The notes under the pieces are model-generated. The model saw only the letters and a list, made by a program, of their open reading frames with translations. It made no database searches and had not been told where the DNA came from. This document shows positions 1 through 8,923 of a stretch of DNA of 64,000 nucleotides, one piece after another. The first letter of the stretch is position 1. Every line of letters begins with the position of its first letter. Origin of the DNA: Polyangiales bacterium. GTDB taxonomy: Bacteria; Myxococcota_A; Polyangia; Polyangiales; Houyiibacteriaceae. The stretch lies in assembly GCA_041576815.1 (NCBI GenBank), contig JBFGKE010000007.1, positions 43,311 to 107,310 of the forward strand, given 5' to 3'. The translations under genes were made by a program, and so were the position numbers.

Positions 1-1886
1 TCGGAGGCGGCCTCGAGGTCGCCCTCGCCTGCCATGCCCGTGTCGCGAGCGACAGCAACAAGACCAAGCTCGGCCTTCCTGAATCACAGCTCGGCCTTCT
101 GCCGGGCGCGGGTGGCACGCAGCGGCTCCCACGCCTGGTCGGCGTTCAGCCGGCGCTCGACATGATGCTCACCGGAAAGCAAATCCCCGCCAAGAAGGCG
201 AAGAAGATGGGCCTGGTCGACGATGTCGTGCCCCAGCCGATTCTCATCGAGACTGCGGCGGAGCTCGCATTGAAGCGGGTCGCCCGCGAGCCGAAGCGGC
301 CGAGCTTCTTCGAGCAGCTCTTCGACAAAGAAGCGGTGACCGAGTTTGCGCTTGCCGGGAACCCGCTCGGACGCAAGGTCCTCTTCGATCAAGCGCGCAA
401 GCAGCTGCACAAGCAGACCCGCGGGAACTACCCGGCGCAGGACTTGATCCTCGACATCGTGAAAACCGGTCTCGAAGACGGCTTCGAAGCCGGGTTGCAG
501 GCAGAGGCTCGTGGGTTCGGCCGTCTGCTCACGACGCCTGAAGCCGCAAATCTGATGAGCATCTTCTTCGCGACCACCGCGCTCAAAAAAGATACCGGTG
601 TCGACGACACCACGGTGAAGCCGCGGAAGGTCGAACGCGTCGGCATGCTCGGGGCGGGCTTGATGGGCGCCGGCATCGCGTACGTCACCACCGCCGTCGC
701 CAAGATCCCGGTTCGGCTCAAAGACCGCGACTCGGACGGCGTGATGGCCGGCCTTCGCTACATCCGCGAGATCGTCGACAAGCGCGTGAAGCGCAAGCGG
801 ATGACCGAGCGCGAGGCCGAGCAGCTCATGCTTCAAACGACCGGCACCACCAGCTACGACGGTTTCCACGAGGTCGACGTGGTGATCGAAGCGGTATTCG
901 AAGACCTCGCGCTCAAAGAGCGGATGGTTCGCGACATCGAGGAGGTCTGCAAAGACGACGTGATCTTCGCCTCGAACACATCCTCGCTCCCGATCACGAA
1001 GATCGCCGCGGCCAGCAAGCACCCCGAAACGGTGATCGGCATGCACTACTTCTCGCCGGTTCACAAAATGCCCCTGCTCGAGATCATCACCACCGACAAG
1101 ACCGCCGATTGGGTCACGGCCACGTGCGTCGATCTCGGCAAAAAGCAGGGAAAGCACGTCATCGTCGTCAAAGACGGCGTGGGCTTCTACACGAGCCGCG
1201 TCCTCGCCCCGATGATGAACGAGGCAGCGCACCTCGTCGCCGAAGGCGTGCCGATCGAAAAGATCGACAAATCGATGCTCGACTGGGGTTTCCCCGTCGG
1301 CCCGATCAAGCTCACGGACGAGGTGGGCATCGACGTCGGCGCCAAGGTTGGGAAAATCATGCTCGACGCGTTCGGCGAACGCATGAGCGCGCCGGACGGC
1401 ATGAAGAGGCTGATCGAGGACGAGCGCTTTGGGCGCAAGAACGGGCGCGGCTTTTACCTCTATGGCGGCAAGAAGAAGGGCGTCGACGAGACCGTGTACG
1501 ACGTGCTCGGCGTGAAGCCGACCAACAAGAGCATCACCGCAGAGGAGATCGCGTGGCGGTGCGCGCTTCAAATGGTCAACGAAGCGTGCCGCTGCTTTGG
1601 CGAAGGCATCCTGCGGAGCGCTCGCGACGGCGACATCGGGGCCGTCTTCGGGCTCGGCTTCCCGCCGTTTCGCGGCGGACCGTTTCGCTTCGTCGACCAG
1701 GTCGGTGCGAAGGAAATCCTCGGCCGTCTTCGGGAGCTCGAAAAGCAGCTCGGCCCGCGCTTCTCGCCGGCGCCGGTGCTCGAGGAGATCGCCCGAACCG
1801 GGCAGACTTTCCACGGGGAAAACACGGTACAGCCAGGTCAGTCCCGGGGCCGCAACGCCGAAAGCGCCCCCCGCGCCATCGCCTAG
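1..1886 (+). CDS. fadJ: Fatty-acid oxidation complex alpha subunit (enoyl-CoA hydratase / 3-hydroxyacyl-CoA dehydrogenase), 5' end cut by window edge
   Basis: The frame is open from nt 3. It reads GGGLEVALACHARVASD..LGLPESQLGLLPGAGGTQRLPRLVG..MMLTGK (crotonase fold), then GMLGAGLMGAGIA (NAD binding) and HYFSPV dehydrogenase blocks. Stop at 1884-1886. Confidence 0.9.
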   Translation, partial: GGGLEVALACHARVASDSNKTKLGLPESQLGLLPGAGGTQRLPRLVGVQPALDMMLTGKQIPAKKAKKMGLVDDVVPQPILIETAAELALKRVAREPKRPSFFEQLFDKEAVTEFALAGNPLGRKVLFDQARKQLHKQTRGNYPAQDLILDIVKTGLEDGFEAGLQAEARGFGRLLTTPEAANLMSIFFATTALKKDTGVDDTTVKPRKVERVGMLGAGLMGAGIAYVTTAVAKIPVRLKDRDSDGVMAGLRYIREIVDKRVKRKRMTEREAEQLMLQTTGTTSYDGFHEVDVVIEAVFEDLALKERMVRDIEEVCKDDVIFASNTSSLPITKIAAASKHPETVIGMHYFSPVHKMPLLEIITTDKTADWVTATCVDLGKKQGKHVIVVKDGVGFYTSRVLAPMMNEAAHLVAEGVPIEKIDKSMLDWGFPVGPIKLTDEVGIDVGAKVGKIMLDAFGERMSAPDGMKRLIEDERFGRKNGRGFYLYGGKKKGVDETVYDVLGVKPTNKSITAEEIAWRCALQMVNEACRCFGEGILRSARDGDIGAVFGLGFPPFRGGPFRFVDQVGAKEILGRLRELEKQLGPRFSPAPVLEEIARTGQTFHGENTVQPGQSRGRNAESAPRAIA

Positions 1887-2030
1887 GTTGCGGTTTTCGC
1901 GGCCGTCTGAGGCCTCGATTGCAGAGCGCACCGAAGACCTTTATGCTGTCCTCGGTCGGGGATGAAGGAACAACGGACAGACACGAAGTGTTTGTTGGTT
2001 GACGGTGTAAGCAAGCGACTAAGAACCCAC

Positions 2031-2471
2031 ATGGCAAGCGAAAAACGGGAAGGGATGCTGGAACGCGCTGCGAGGACGATCGCAGAAAGCCGACCGCGCC
2101 ACCGAGGCGTGCTGGTGGTCGAGAGCGACCCCGACCTTCAGTGGAGCCTGGCGCGGATGCTCACGGTCGACGGCAATCGCGTCGTCGGCACGAGCTCCGG
2201 CGATGGCGCCATGGCGGTCGTCGACCAGTGGCTCCCCGATCTCGCCTTGGTCGCCTCGAGCTTGCCCGGCGCGACTGGCGTCGAGGTCGCTCGAGCGCTT
2301 CGGCGCAAGAGCCCCAAGCTCTTGGTCATTCTCATGGGCCAGCCGGCCCCCGAGCCGGCAACACCCGGGCGACCGGCGGTCTTCAGTGCCTACCTGCCCA
2401 AGCCATTCGGCTTCGACGCGCTGCGGGCCCTGATCGACTCGCTTCAACTTGGCCCGGCTCCTGCGGAGTAG
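2031..2471 (+). CDS. Stand-alone CheY-like receiver-domain protein with degenerate phospho-acceptor site
   Basis: VLVVESDPDL...LPDLALVASSLPGATGVEV...LPKPF follows the receiver-domain layout. The Asp57-equivalent is Ala (GCC 2253-2255). An in-frame ATG at 1962 is an alternative start. Confidence 0.75.
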   Translation: MASEKREGMLERAARTIAESRPRHRGVLVVESDPDLQWSLARMLTVDGNRVVGTSSGDGAMAVVDQWLPDLALVASSLPGATGVEVARALRRKSPKLLVILMGQPAPEPATPGRPAVFSAYLPKPFGFDALRALIDSLQLGPAPAE

Positions 2472-2491
2472 CCCTGCTAGGCTCTGACGTC

Positions 2492-4354
2492 GTGAAACGA
2501 CTGCTGTCCGGGTTGTGCTTCGTGGTGAGCCTGTCGCTCCTCGGCGCCGCCGTGGGCCAGTCGTCACCGGGCTTCATTCACGTCGACGAGATACACCGGG
2601 GCATGAAGGGGTATGGGCTCTCGGTCTTCGAGGGTACCGAGCCCGAGCGATTCGATGTCGAGGTCATCGACGTGCTGCACAATTTCCGGCCGGATCAGGA
2701 CATGATCCTGATCCGGACGCCGCATCCCCTGCTCAATCGTGCCCGAGGCGTCGCGGGCATGAGCGGGAGCCCGATCTATCTCGACGGCAGGCTTGCGGGC
2801 GCGTATGCGTACGGGTGGAGCCAGGGCACCGACCCGGTCGTTGGCGTGACGCCGATCCGCAACATGCTCGCCGAGCTCGGCCGTCCAGTGCGCCTCGACA
2901 TGTTTCCGGGCGCCAAACCCTTGCCCAGCCGGCCGAGGGCGCATACGCCGAGCCCCCCACCGCGCGAACGACTGGCCGGACTTCCGCCCTTCGTCGGAGA
3001 GGGCGAGGTGACCGCGCTTTCGACCATTCGCGCCCTTCGAGAGCGGCGCGCCACGAGCACGCCGGTCGGCCTTGAGCGCGCGACGACCCCGATCATGCTC
3101 GGCGGCCTGCACGACTCGGTCGCCCACATGCTCGCCAGGGAGCTCGAGCCACTCGGTCTCGTCGCGACCCAAGCCGGAACGGGCGGACGTGCGGCAGCGG
3201 CACCGGCGCGTTTCGAACCGGGCAGCGCGGTCGCCGTGCAGCTGGCGCGCGGCGATATTTCCGTGACTGGCGTCGGCACGATCACGTACGTCGATCGCAG
3301 CGGCCGGACTCTGGCGTTTGGGCACCCCATGATGGAAGCAGGCGCGACCGGTCTTCCGACGGCGACCGCGCGGGTGCTCCACGTTTTGGTGAGCGAATTC
3401 CGCTCCTTCAAGATCGCCGAGGCCGCCCGACCGCTCGGGGCGCTGGTGCAGGACCGACAGCCCGCCATCGTGATCGACCCGGGCATCGAGCCCGCGCGCG
3501 TGCCCGTACGCGTGAAGATCAATGGGGCCGAGGGCGCACCGAAAACCGAATGGAACGTCGAGGTCGCGAGCCATCGCATCCTCACTCCGTCGATCGTCTT
3601 CGCCGTGATCGCCAACGCGGTGAAGTCCACGGCCGGCGACGTCGCCGACGTCATCTTTCGTGCAAAAAGCGAGGTCGGGATCGACGGCCACGGCACCGTC
3701 TCGCTCGACGAGCAGGGTTACTCCCCGCTCGGTGCAGCGAGCCCGGCGGCATTTTCGCAGCTTCGCATGTTCAGCCTCATGGAGGCCGCCTTCGCCAACC
3801 CATTCGAAACCTCTCGGCTCACCTCGGTCGATCTCGAGCTCGATCTGGAGCTGAGCCGGGACGTCTATCAAATCTCCGACGCTTCCGTGGCGTACGACGA
3901 AGTCGATCCGGGCGAGGACGTGACGGTGTACGTGAAGCTCCGTCGCGTCGACCATCCCGACACCACCCGGGCGGTGAAAGTTCACATCCCAATCGCTGCC
4001 GCCGGAAGCACCGTGCGCGTCGCGGTCTCCGCCGGCAACCAGGTTGCGCTCGAGCAGCCGAGGCCGGGATCCTTCGAGGACCTGATCGACCAAACGAAGC
4101 GTCGATACCCGGCGACCTCCCTCGTGGTTGCGCTCCAAATGCCGTCGCGCGGACTTCGCTTCGAAGGCCACGTGGTCGATTCGCTTCCGGCCTCGGCGCT
4201 GAACTCGCTTCAGCTCGTGAGCTCCTCGAAAAACAGCCGGCCGTTCGTGACGCAATCGCGTACGGAGGTCGAGCTCCCGCAGGTGGTCGTGGGCCGGGCA
4301 AATCTCGCGCTTCGCGTCCGCTCGGTCGCCCGCGATCAGCTACTCGGTGAATGA
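2492..4354 (+). CDS. Secreted peptidase S55 (SpoIVB-like) domain protein
   Basis: GTG at 2492 lies 20 nt after the receiver gene stop. The N-terminus VKRLLSGLCFVVSLSLLGAAVG looks like a signal peptide. GVAGMSGSPIYLDGRLAGAYAYGW matches the S55 catalytic-serine block. The track start at 2141 gives an Arg-rich extension overlapping the upstream gene and was rejected. Confidence 0.75.
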   Translation: MKRLLSGLCFVVSLSLLGAAVGQSSPGFIHVDEIHRGMKGYGLSVFEGTEPERFDVEVIDVLHNFRPDQDMILIRTPHPLLNRARGVAGMSGSPIYLDGRLAGAYAYGWSQGTDPVVGVTPIRNMLAELGRPVRLDMFPGAKPLPSRPRAHTPSPPPRERLAGLPPFVGEGEVTALSTIRALRERRATSTPVGLERATTPIMLGGLHDSVAHMLARELEPLGLVATQAGTGGRAAAAPARFEPGSAVAVQLARGDISVTGVGTITYVDRSGRTLAFGHPMMEAGATGLPTATARVLHVLVSEFRSFKIAEAARPLGALVQDRQPAIVIDPGIEPARVPVRVKINGAEGAPKTEWNVEVASHRILTPSIVFAVIANAVKSTAGDVADVIFRAKSEVGIDGHGTVSLDEQGYSPLGAASPAAFSQLRMFSLMEAAFANPFETSRLTSVDLELDLELSRDVYQISDASVAYDEVDPGEDVTVYVKLRRVDHPDTTRAVKVHIPIAAAGSTVRVAVSAGNQVALEQPRPGSFEDLIDQTKRRYPATSLVVALQMPSRGLRFEGHVVDSLPASALNSLQLVSSSKNSRPFVTQSRTEVELPQVVVGRANLALRVRSVARDQLLGE

Positions 4355-4360
4355 CAAAGC

Positions 4361-6388
4361 ATGAAAACGACCAAGATCACTAGTCGATTGGCGCCCGGAG
4401 CTCTCGTGCTCCTCGCAGGCGCCAGCGCAGCCGCGGTGACGACCGAGAGCTTCTTGCTCGACAGCGCCGACGCGTTTTTCGAAGGCGAGCTCGAGGGCAC
4501 CGCGGTTCACTCCGATGGTTCCGTGCGGGCGGGCGCTGCGACCGAGCGAACCGAGCTCACGGATGTGCCTCTCGCGTACAGCATGGCTTCCCGCGGCTCG
4601 GCTACCTTCATCGGTACGGGGACGAGTGGCGTCGTCTATCGCGTCGACGGAAAGAAGGTGAAGGCGTACGCGAACACGGGCGAGCTTCTCGTCTCGTCGC
4701 TCGCGTTTGGCGGCGACGGTGCGCTCTATGCAGGCACGTTGCCGAACGGCCGCATCTATCGCATCGACACCAAGACGGGCAAGGTCAAGCGCTTCAGCGT
4801 GCCCGAAGGCGCGAAACACATCTGGTCGCTCCACTACGATCGGAGGCGCGGCAGACTGATCGCAGGCACGGGCCCGGAGGGCAAAGTGTTCGCGATCGAC
4901 GCGATTGGGCTCGCCACGGAAATCTACGCGGCTGGCGCGGCGCACGTCATGACGCTCGCGGGCGACGGGAAAGGGACCGTGTATGCGGGCACCAGCGACG
5001 ATGCGGTCGTTCTCGCGCTTCAGCCGAACGGCCAGGTCACCGTGGTCCACGACTTCCCCGGAAACGAGGTCACCGCGATCGACCATCGCGACGGGAAGCT
5101 CGCCGTCGCCGTCAACGAGTTCAAGACGGTGCCCGGAAGTCAGTTCAAGCCCACCCCGAGCGGACCCTCGCGAGGTGCGTCGAGCCCGCCCACGCGGCCC
5201 CGCCCGGGGAGCGGCGAGCTGTGGCGCGTCGATGCAGATGGACGAGCCGAGCTGCTCCTCAGCCGCAAAGACACGCATTTTGCCTCGGTGCAGTGGGGCG
5301 CCGACGGGGCGATCTATGCCGGCGGAGGAAACGAGGGGCGGATCTTTCGGGTCGAGGACGACGCAAGCTATTCGATCTGGGTCGACGTGGAGGAGAGACA
5401 GGTGCTCGCGCTCGACGTCCGGACGAAGCAGCCATCGTTCGTCACCGGGGACGGCGCCGCGCTCTATCGCGTGAAGCGTGCCAAGCGGCGGGACGCGATC
5501 TGGACGAGCAAGGCGCTCGACGCACGGTTTTCATCGAGCTGGGGCAGGCTCGATTGGCGAGGCCGCGGGCGCTTCGTGTTTCAGACCCGTTCCGGGAACA
5601 CCAAAGAGCCGGGGGACACGTGGAGCCCGTGGTCGAAGGACATGAAAGCACCGGGGCGCGTGTCGAGCCCGCCCGGGCGCTTCGTGCAGGTTCGCGCGAA
5701 GCTCCCGAAAGACGCCTCCGCGGTTCTCCGCGCGGTCCAGTTGTTCTATCTGCCGCAGAATCAGCGCGCACGCGTGTCGAACGTCCAGGGCGGGCGGCCG
5801 CCGCTCAAGCGCGGCCAGGTTCCGCGCCAGCCGCCGCCGCCGACGACGCTTCTCGACCTGAGCTGGAAGATCGACAATCCCGATCGCGATCGGCTGCGCT
5901 ACCGCGTCGCCTACCGCGAAGAGCGGCAGACCAAGTGGCGCGACATGTTCGGGGAAGATACCGTCGTCACCGAGCCCAAGTACACCTGGAACACTGAAAG
6001 CATTCCCGACGGGTACTACGTCGTCCGCGTGGAGGCGTCGGACGAGACCGCGAACCCCGAGGATCGGACGCTGCGCGCCACGGCCATGTCAGAGCCGATC
6101 CGCGTCGACAATCACCCGCCGCGGATCGAAGCGCTGAAGCTGCGCAGAGGCCGGGTGCAGGCAACGGTCGTCGACACGGTCGGGCCGATCGCGCGCGCGC
6201 AGCTCTCGATCGACGGGGGCGACTGGCGCGACGTGTTCCCCTCCGATTCGCTCCTCGACGGCCCCGAAGAGGCGTTCAGCGTGCCGCTCGGCCCCATCCC
6301 GGCCGGCGACCACATCGTCGCGCTGCGGGCGTACGACGCCGCCGGCAATCAGGCGAACCGGGAAATCGTCGTAAAAACAAGCAGATAA
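4361..6388 (+). CDS. Secreted beta-propeller-repeat protein with C-terminal Ig-like (Y_Y_Y-type) module
   Basis: Signal peptide MKTTKITSRLAPGALVLLAGASAAA. Repeated G(T/D)G..G.(V/I)Y(A/R) blades (ALYAGTLPNGRIYRID, LIAGTGPEGKVFAID, TVYAGTSDDAVV). C-terminal ...PDGYYVVRVEASDETANP... block. Starts 6 nt after the S55 gene. Confidence 0.7.
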   Translation: MKTTKITSRLAPGALVLLAGASAAAVTTESFLLDSADAFFEGELEGTAVHSDGSVRAGAATERTELTDVPLAYSMASRGSATFIGTGTSGVVYRVDGKKVKAYANTGELLVSSLAFGGDGALYAGTLPNGRIYRIDTKTGKVKRFSVPEGAKHIWSLHYDRRRGRLIAGTGPEGKVFAIDAIGLATEIYAAGAAHVMTLAGDGKGTVYAGTSDDAVVLALQPNGQVTVVHDFPGNEVTAIDHRDGKLAVAVNEFKTVPGSQFKPTPSGPSRGASSPPTRPRPGSGELWRVDADGRAELLLSRKDTHFASVQWGADGAIYAGGGNEGRIFRVEDDASYSIWVDVEERQVLALDVRTKQPSFVTGDGAALYRVKRAKRRDAIWTSKALDARFSSSWGRLDWRGRGRFVFQTRSGNTKEPGDTWSPWSKDMKAPGRVSSPPGRFVQVRAKLPKDASAVLRAVQLFYLPQNQRARVSNVQGGRPPLKRGQVPRQPPPPTTLLDLSWKIDNPDRDRLRYRVAYREERQTKWRDMFGEDTVVTEPKYTWNTESIPDGYYVVRVEASDETANPEDRTLRATAMSEPIRVDNHPPRIEALKLRRGRVQATVVDTVGPIARAQLSIDGGDWRDVFPSDSLLDGPEEAFSVPLGPIPAGDHIVALRAYDAAGNQANREIVVKTSR

Positions 6389-6573
6389 GGGATAGCGCGG
6401 GACCCTTGGCACGAGCGGCCCCGTCGGTCGCCTGCCCCGGGCCCCAACGTCTGATAATCTGTTCTCTTTCTTTGATTCACTTGGTTGTCGGACCGGGGGA
6501 ACTCGTGGTAAACGTCCGCTCTCAATAAGGGGCGACACGGTGCCGGATTCCCCGGACCGAAGGAGAAGAACGG

Positions 6574-7560
6574 ATGAACATCAGCAAACTAGCTTTAATC
6601 GCGCTACTCGGTGGCGCACTCATGGCCTTCGGCTGCGGCAGTGATTCGAACGGCGGCAACGGCGGCGCGGGCGGCGACGGCGGCTCTGGCGGCACCGCTG
6701 GTGGCGGCGGCACCGCTGGTGGCGGCGGCATGGCCGTGGCGTGCGAAGCGACCACGGAGACCTGCACTAACGGGGACATCGATCCCACGGACGAAAACTG
6801 CGTCCCTGCACTCGCGACTCCGCCCACCGCGGACGTCTGCGACGGCACGGAGAGCCTCGAGAATCCGGCCAGCTGCACCACGACGGGTGTCGTGGTCACC
6901 CACCAGCTCACGGCGGTTTCGATCTTCCCCGACTGCAACGGAGGCTACGACCTCGACGGCTGCAACGGCAACAGCTGCTCGCTTGGCTCACTCGCCCCCG
7001 ATGAGGGCATGGGCGGCGTCGACAACGCACTTGCGGGTCTTGCGCCAGTCCTCGTGGGCGTGGGCGGCAACCTGAGTGGCGTCAACCAGGCGTTCTACGA
7101 CGCGCTGTGCTCCGGTGTCATCAACATTCAGCTCAACGTCGACGCGAACGTCGACGAGGGCTGCGCGACGGTCGAGCTCGTGGTGGACGACGCCGCGGTC
7201 GGCACTGTGCTCTTGAACGTGGGGCCGCTCGACGTCGAGGCCGGTGCGGTTTGCGCCAGCGGCACGATCGGCGACCTCCCGATCTCGATCGGCGAGCCAG
7301 GCATGGCGGTCGACGGTGCGATTGCGAACAGCGTGATCCGCGTGTCGATCACCCCGACCGAGGGCTTCTCGAACGGCACGCTCGGCGGCACGGTGGACCA
7401 GGCCACCGCAGGCGCCATCGCCGACCTTCTCATCGATGGCGGTAGCGCGGTCGTCTCCCAGGTCCTCGACATCAACGACGCCCTCGTGGGCGACGCCAGC
7501 GCATCTTGTAACGCGCTGTCGCTGACGCTGACCATCGGCGGCGTCGCTCTCGTGCTCTAA
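6574..7560 (+). CDS. Lipoprotein with Gly-rich linker, unknown function
   Basis: AGGAG (6561-6565) precedes ATG 6574. Lipobox LMAFGCGS. Linker GGNGGAGGDGGSGGTAGGGGTAGGGG. G/C-dominated third codon positions. Confidence 0.7.
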   Translation: MNISKLALIALLGGALMAFGCGSDSNGGNGGAGGDGGSGGTAGGGGTAGGGGMAVACEATTETCTNGDIDPTDENCVPALATPPTADVCDGTESLENPASCTTTGVVVTHQLTAVSIFPDCNGGYDLDGCNGNSCSLGSLAPDEGMGGVDNALAGLAPVLVGVGGNLSGVNQAFYDALCSGVINIQLNVDANVDEGCATVELVVDDAAVGTVLLNVGPLDVEAGAVCASGTIGDLPISIGEPGMAVDGAIANSVIRVSITPTEGFSNGTLGGTVDQATAGAIADLLIDGGSAVVSQVLDINDALVGDASASCNALSLTLTIGGVALVL

Positions 7561-7587
7561 TCCGCCCTGCGGATACGACCAAGTCGA

Positions 7588-7620
7588 GGCCGGCACCTTC
7601 GGGTGTCGGCCTTTTCTTTT
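7588..7620 (+). terminator. Rho-independent terminator after the lipoprotein gene
   Basis: GGCCGGCACC (7588-7597), loop TTCG, GGTGTCGGCC (7602-7611). This is a 10-bp stem with one G-U pair, followed by TTTTCTTTT (7612-7620). Confidence 0.75.
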
Positions 7621-7630
7621 GCGCGCCCGC

Positions 7631-8683
7631 TCAGGATTTCGTGAAACGCCCGACTTTGAGCCGGTGCATCACCGCGAGCTTCTGACGCGCCTTGTAGGCG
7701 CGGTGGCTGGCGTCGCCCGCTTCGTTGCTTTCGTCGGTCGCGCGGTCGAGCACCTGGAACTCGGTTTGGACGAATAGGGTCCGGCCGAGGTCCTTGGTTG
7801 CCGGCGACGCGGCCGCGATCACCTCGTCTGGAACCCGCACGGGCACGTCCGCAACGAAGTGCACGATACGGTAGCTTGGCGCAGTGAAGCGGTTGTCGAT
7901 CGTCGAAAGCTCGTCCTCGAGGTCGAGCGGGAGCTGGAGCTTCGGGATCAGCTTCGTCAGCGCCGCGTCGGAACGGCAGTAGTCGTGAAAACGCGCCAGC
8001 GTGTTGGTCGACTGGCCTGGGATGACGAAGTTGAATGGAACGATGCTCCGCTGCACGTAGTTCAACACCGGGAAGATGTCTTCGGGATCCCGCGTGACGA
8101 TCCGGAACCGCACCTTGTCGTAAATTTGCGACGCACTGACTTCGGGCTTCGAAAGGAGCTTGGTGTAAAGCGAGTCCTTGTTCTTGCGCCCGCCGATGAA
8201 CTCGAGGATGGGGAAGTCGTTGGCAAGGGCCGCCGCCATCACACGGTAGACCTTTTGCTCGACCCAGTTGAACACCTCCTCGTCCGCGGTCGGGAGCACG
8301 AAAAAGAGCTCGCGCGCCTCGAGGTGCTGAATGATGTGCATGACCTTGAGAATCGCGCAGGCGCAGATTTGCCGGTGGCCTTTCGACGACGCCAGCATCA
8401 GCAAACCCAGGAGGTCCTTTCGGGCAACTGGTTTCGGCACCGGGAAATCAAAATGCCGCTTGAGGTAGTCGATCGCGGCTTCCTTCACCTGGGCCACGCG
8501 GGCCGCGTCAACCTCGTCGTTGGGATCGATCTCCTGCGCCCGAATGAAGGCCTCGGCCTCAGCCTCGTCGGCAAAGTTCAGCCGGTGCCAGTCGACCACC
8601 GAGCCGCCGCGTAGGAGGACCCGAATTCCCTCGAGATCGGCGAGGGTGAAATCGCTGACTGGGCGCAGCTCCGGTGCAAACAC
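7631..8683 (-). CDS. RelA/SpoT-fold nucleotidyltransferase-like protein (resembles the myxobacterial TIGR04552-type family)
   Basis: The ordered blocks GGRKNKDSLYTKL, DKVRFRIVTRD, SYRIVHF, TEFQV and HRAYKAR parallel the G-R-x-K, D-x-x-x-R-I, Y-R-x-x-H, E-x-Q and H-x-x-Y-K blocks of alarmone-synthetase folds. GTG start at 8683. Confidence 0.7.
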   Translation of the reverse strand: MFAPELRPVSDFTLADLEGIRVLLRGGSVVDWHRLNFADEAEAEAFIRAQEIDPNDEVDAARVAQVKEAAIDYLKRHFDFPVPKPVARKDLLGLLMLASSKGHRQICACAILKVMHIIQHLEARELFFVLPTADEEVFNWVEQKVYRVMAAALANDFPILEFIGGRKNKDSLYTKLLSKPEVSASQIYDKVRFRIVTRDPEDIFPVLNYVQRSIVPFNFVIPGQSTNTLARFHDYCRSDAALTKLIPKLQLPLDLEDELSTIDNRFTAPSYRIVHFVADVPVRVPDEVIAAASPATKDLGRTLFVQTEFQVLDRATDESNEAGDASHRAYKARQKLAVMHRLKVGRFTKS

Positions 8684-8685
8684 GG

Positions 8686-8835
8686 CTAGGGGGACCGTTC
8701 GAGGAGGATCGTGCCTACGAAAATGCCGAGGGACACCAACAAGACGAAGGCGTTGAACGTGAGCCCGCCATGACAGCCGCTAGCTGCCGCAAGACCCACG
8801 AGGCCTCCACCCCATTTGAACCACCGTCCCGCCAT
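8686..8835 (-). CDS. Unlisted 49-aa hydrophobic small ORF (MAGRWFKWGGGLVGLAAASGCHGGLTFNAFVLLVSLGIFVGTILLERSP)
   Basis: Hand translation of the minus strand. ATG at 8835, TAG at 8688-8686, only 2 nt before the GTG start of the downstream RelA/SpoT-fold gene. Two hydrophobic segments and mostly G/C third positions. Below the ORF-track length cut-off. No clear SD. Confidence 0.35.
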   Translation of the reverse strand: MAGRWFKWGGGLVGLAAASGCHGGLTFNAFVLLVSLGIFVGTILLERSP

Positions 8836-8923
8836 CTCGAGCGCCCGATTGATACCAGTCGTCCGGGGTGGGCGCTAGTGGAACCCGCAGGGTCGTTGCT
8901 GGGAGCGTAGATCTCGAATATCG

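Noticed and set aside
84-1931. 615-aa ORF on the minus strand covering the fadJ region
   Set aside because: This is an antisense shadow ORF typical of high-GC DNA. It is Arg/Gly/Asp/His-rich with no motifs, whereas the plus-strand frame has unmistakable crotonase and 3-hydroxyacyl-CoA dehydrogenase blocks.
2141-2491. Upstream part of the 737-aa track ORF (start 2141) for the S55 gene. Analogous long upstream extensions occur at 16398, 35094, 36395, 42233, 43969, 45780 and 59072.
   Set aside because: The extensions are Arg/Pro-rich, overlap the preceding gene, and precede internal starts that have SD sequences and/or signal peptides matching family N-termini.
2564-4255. 563-aa minus-strand ORF opposite the S55 peptidase gene. 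Similar long antisense ORFs lie at 8780..9919, 11378..13138, 36908..38317, 42926..43846 and 61980..63002.
   Set aside because: Same shadow-ORF signature: Arg/His/Asp-rich low-complexity translation, no recognisable domains, and each lies opposite a gene with strong family motifs.
6405-6420. TGGCACG motif suggesting a sigma54 -24 element upstream of the lipoprotein gene
   Set aside because: The -12 GC dinucleotide is not at the required spacing. The sequence is TGGCACGAGCGGCCC, where GC falls 2 nt too early and there is no TTGC.
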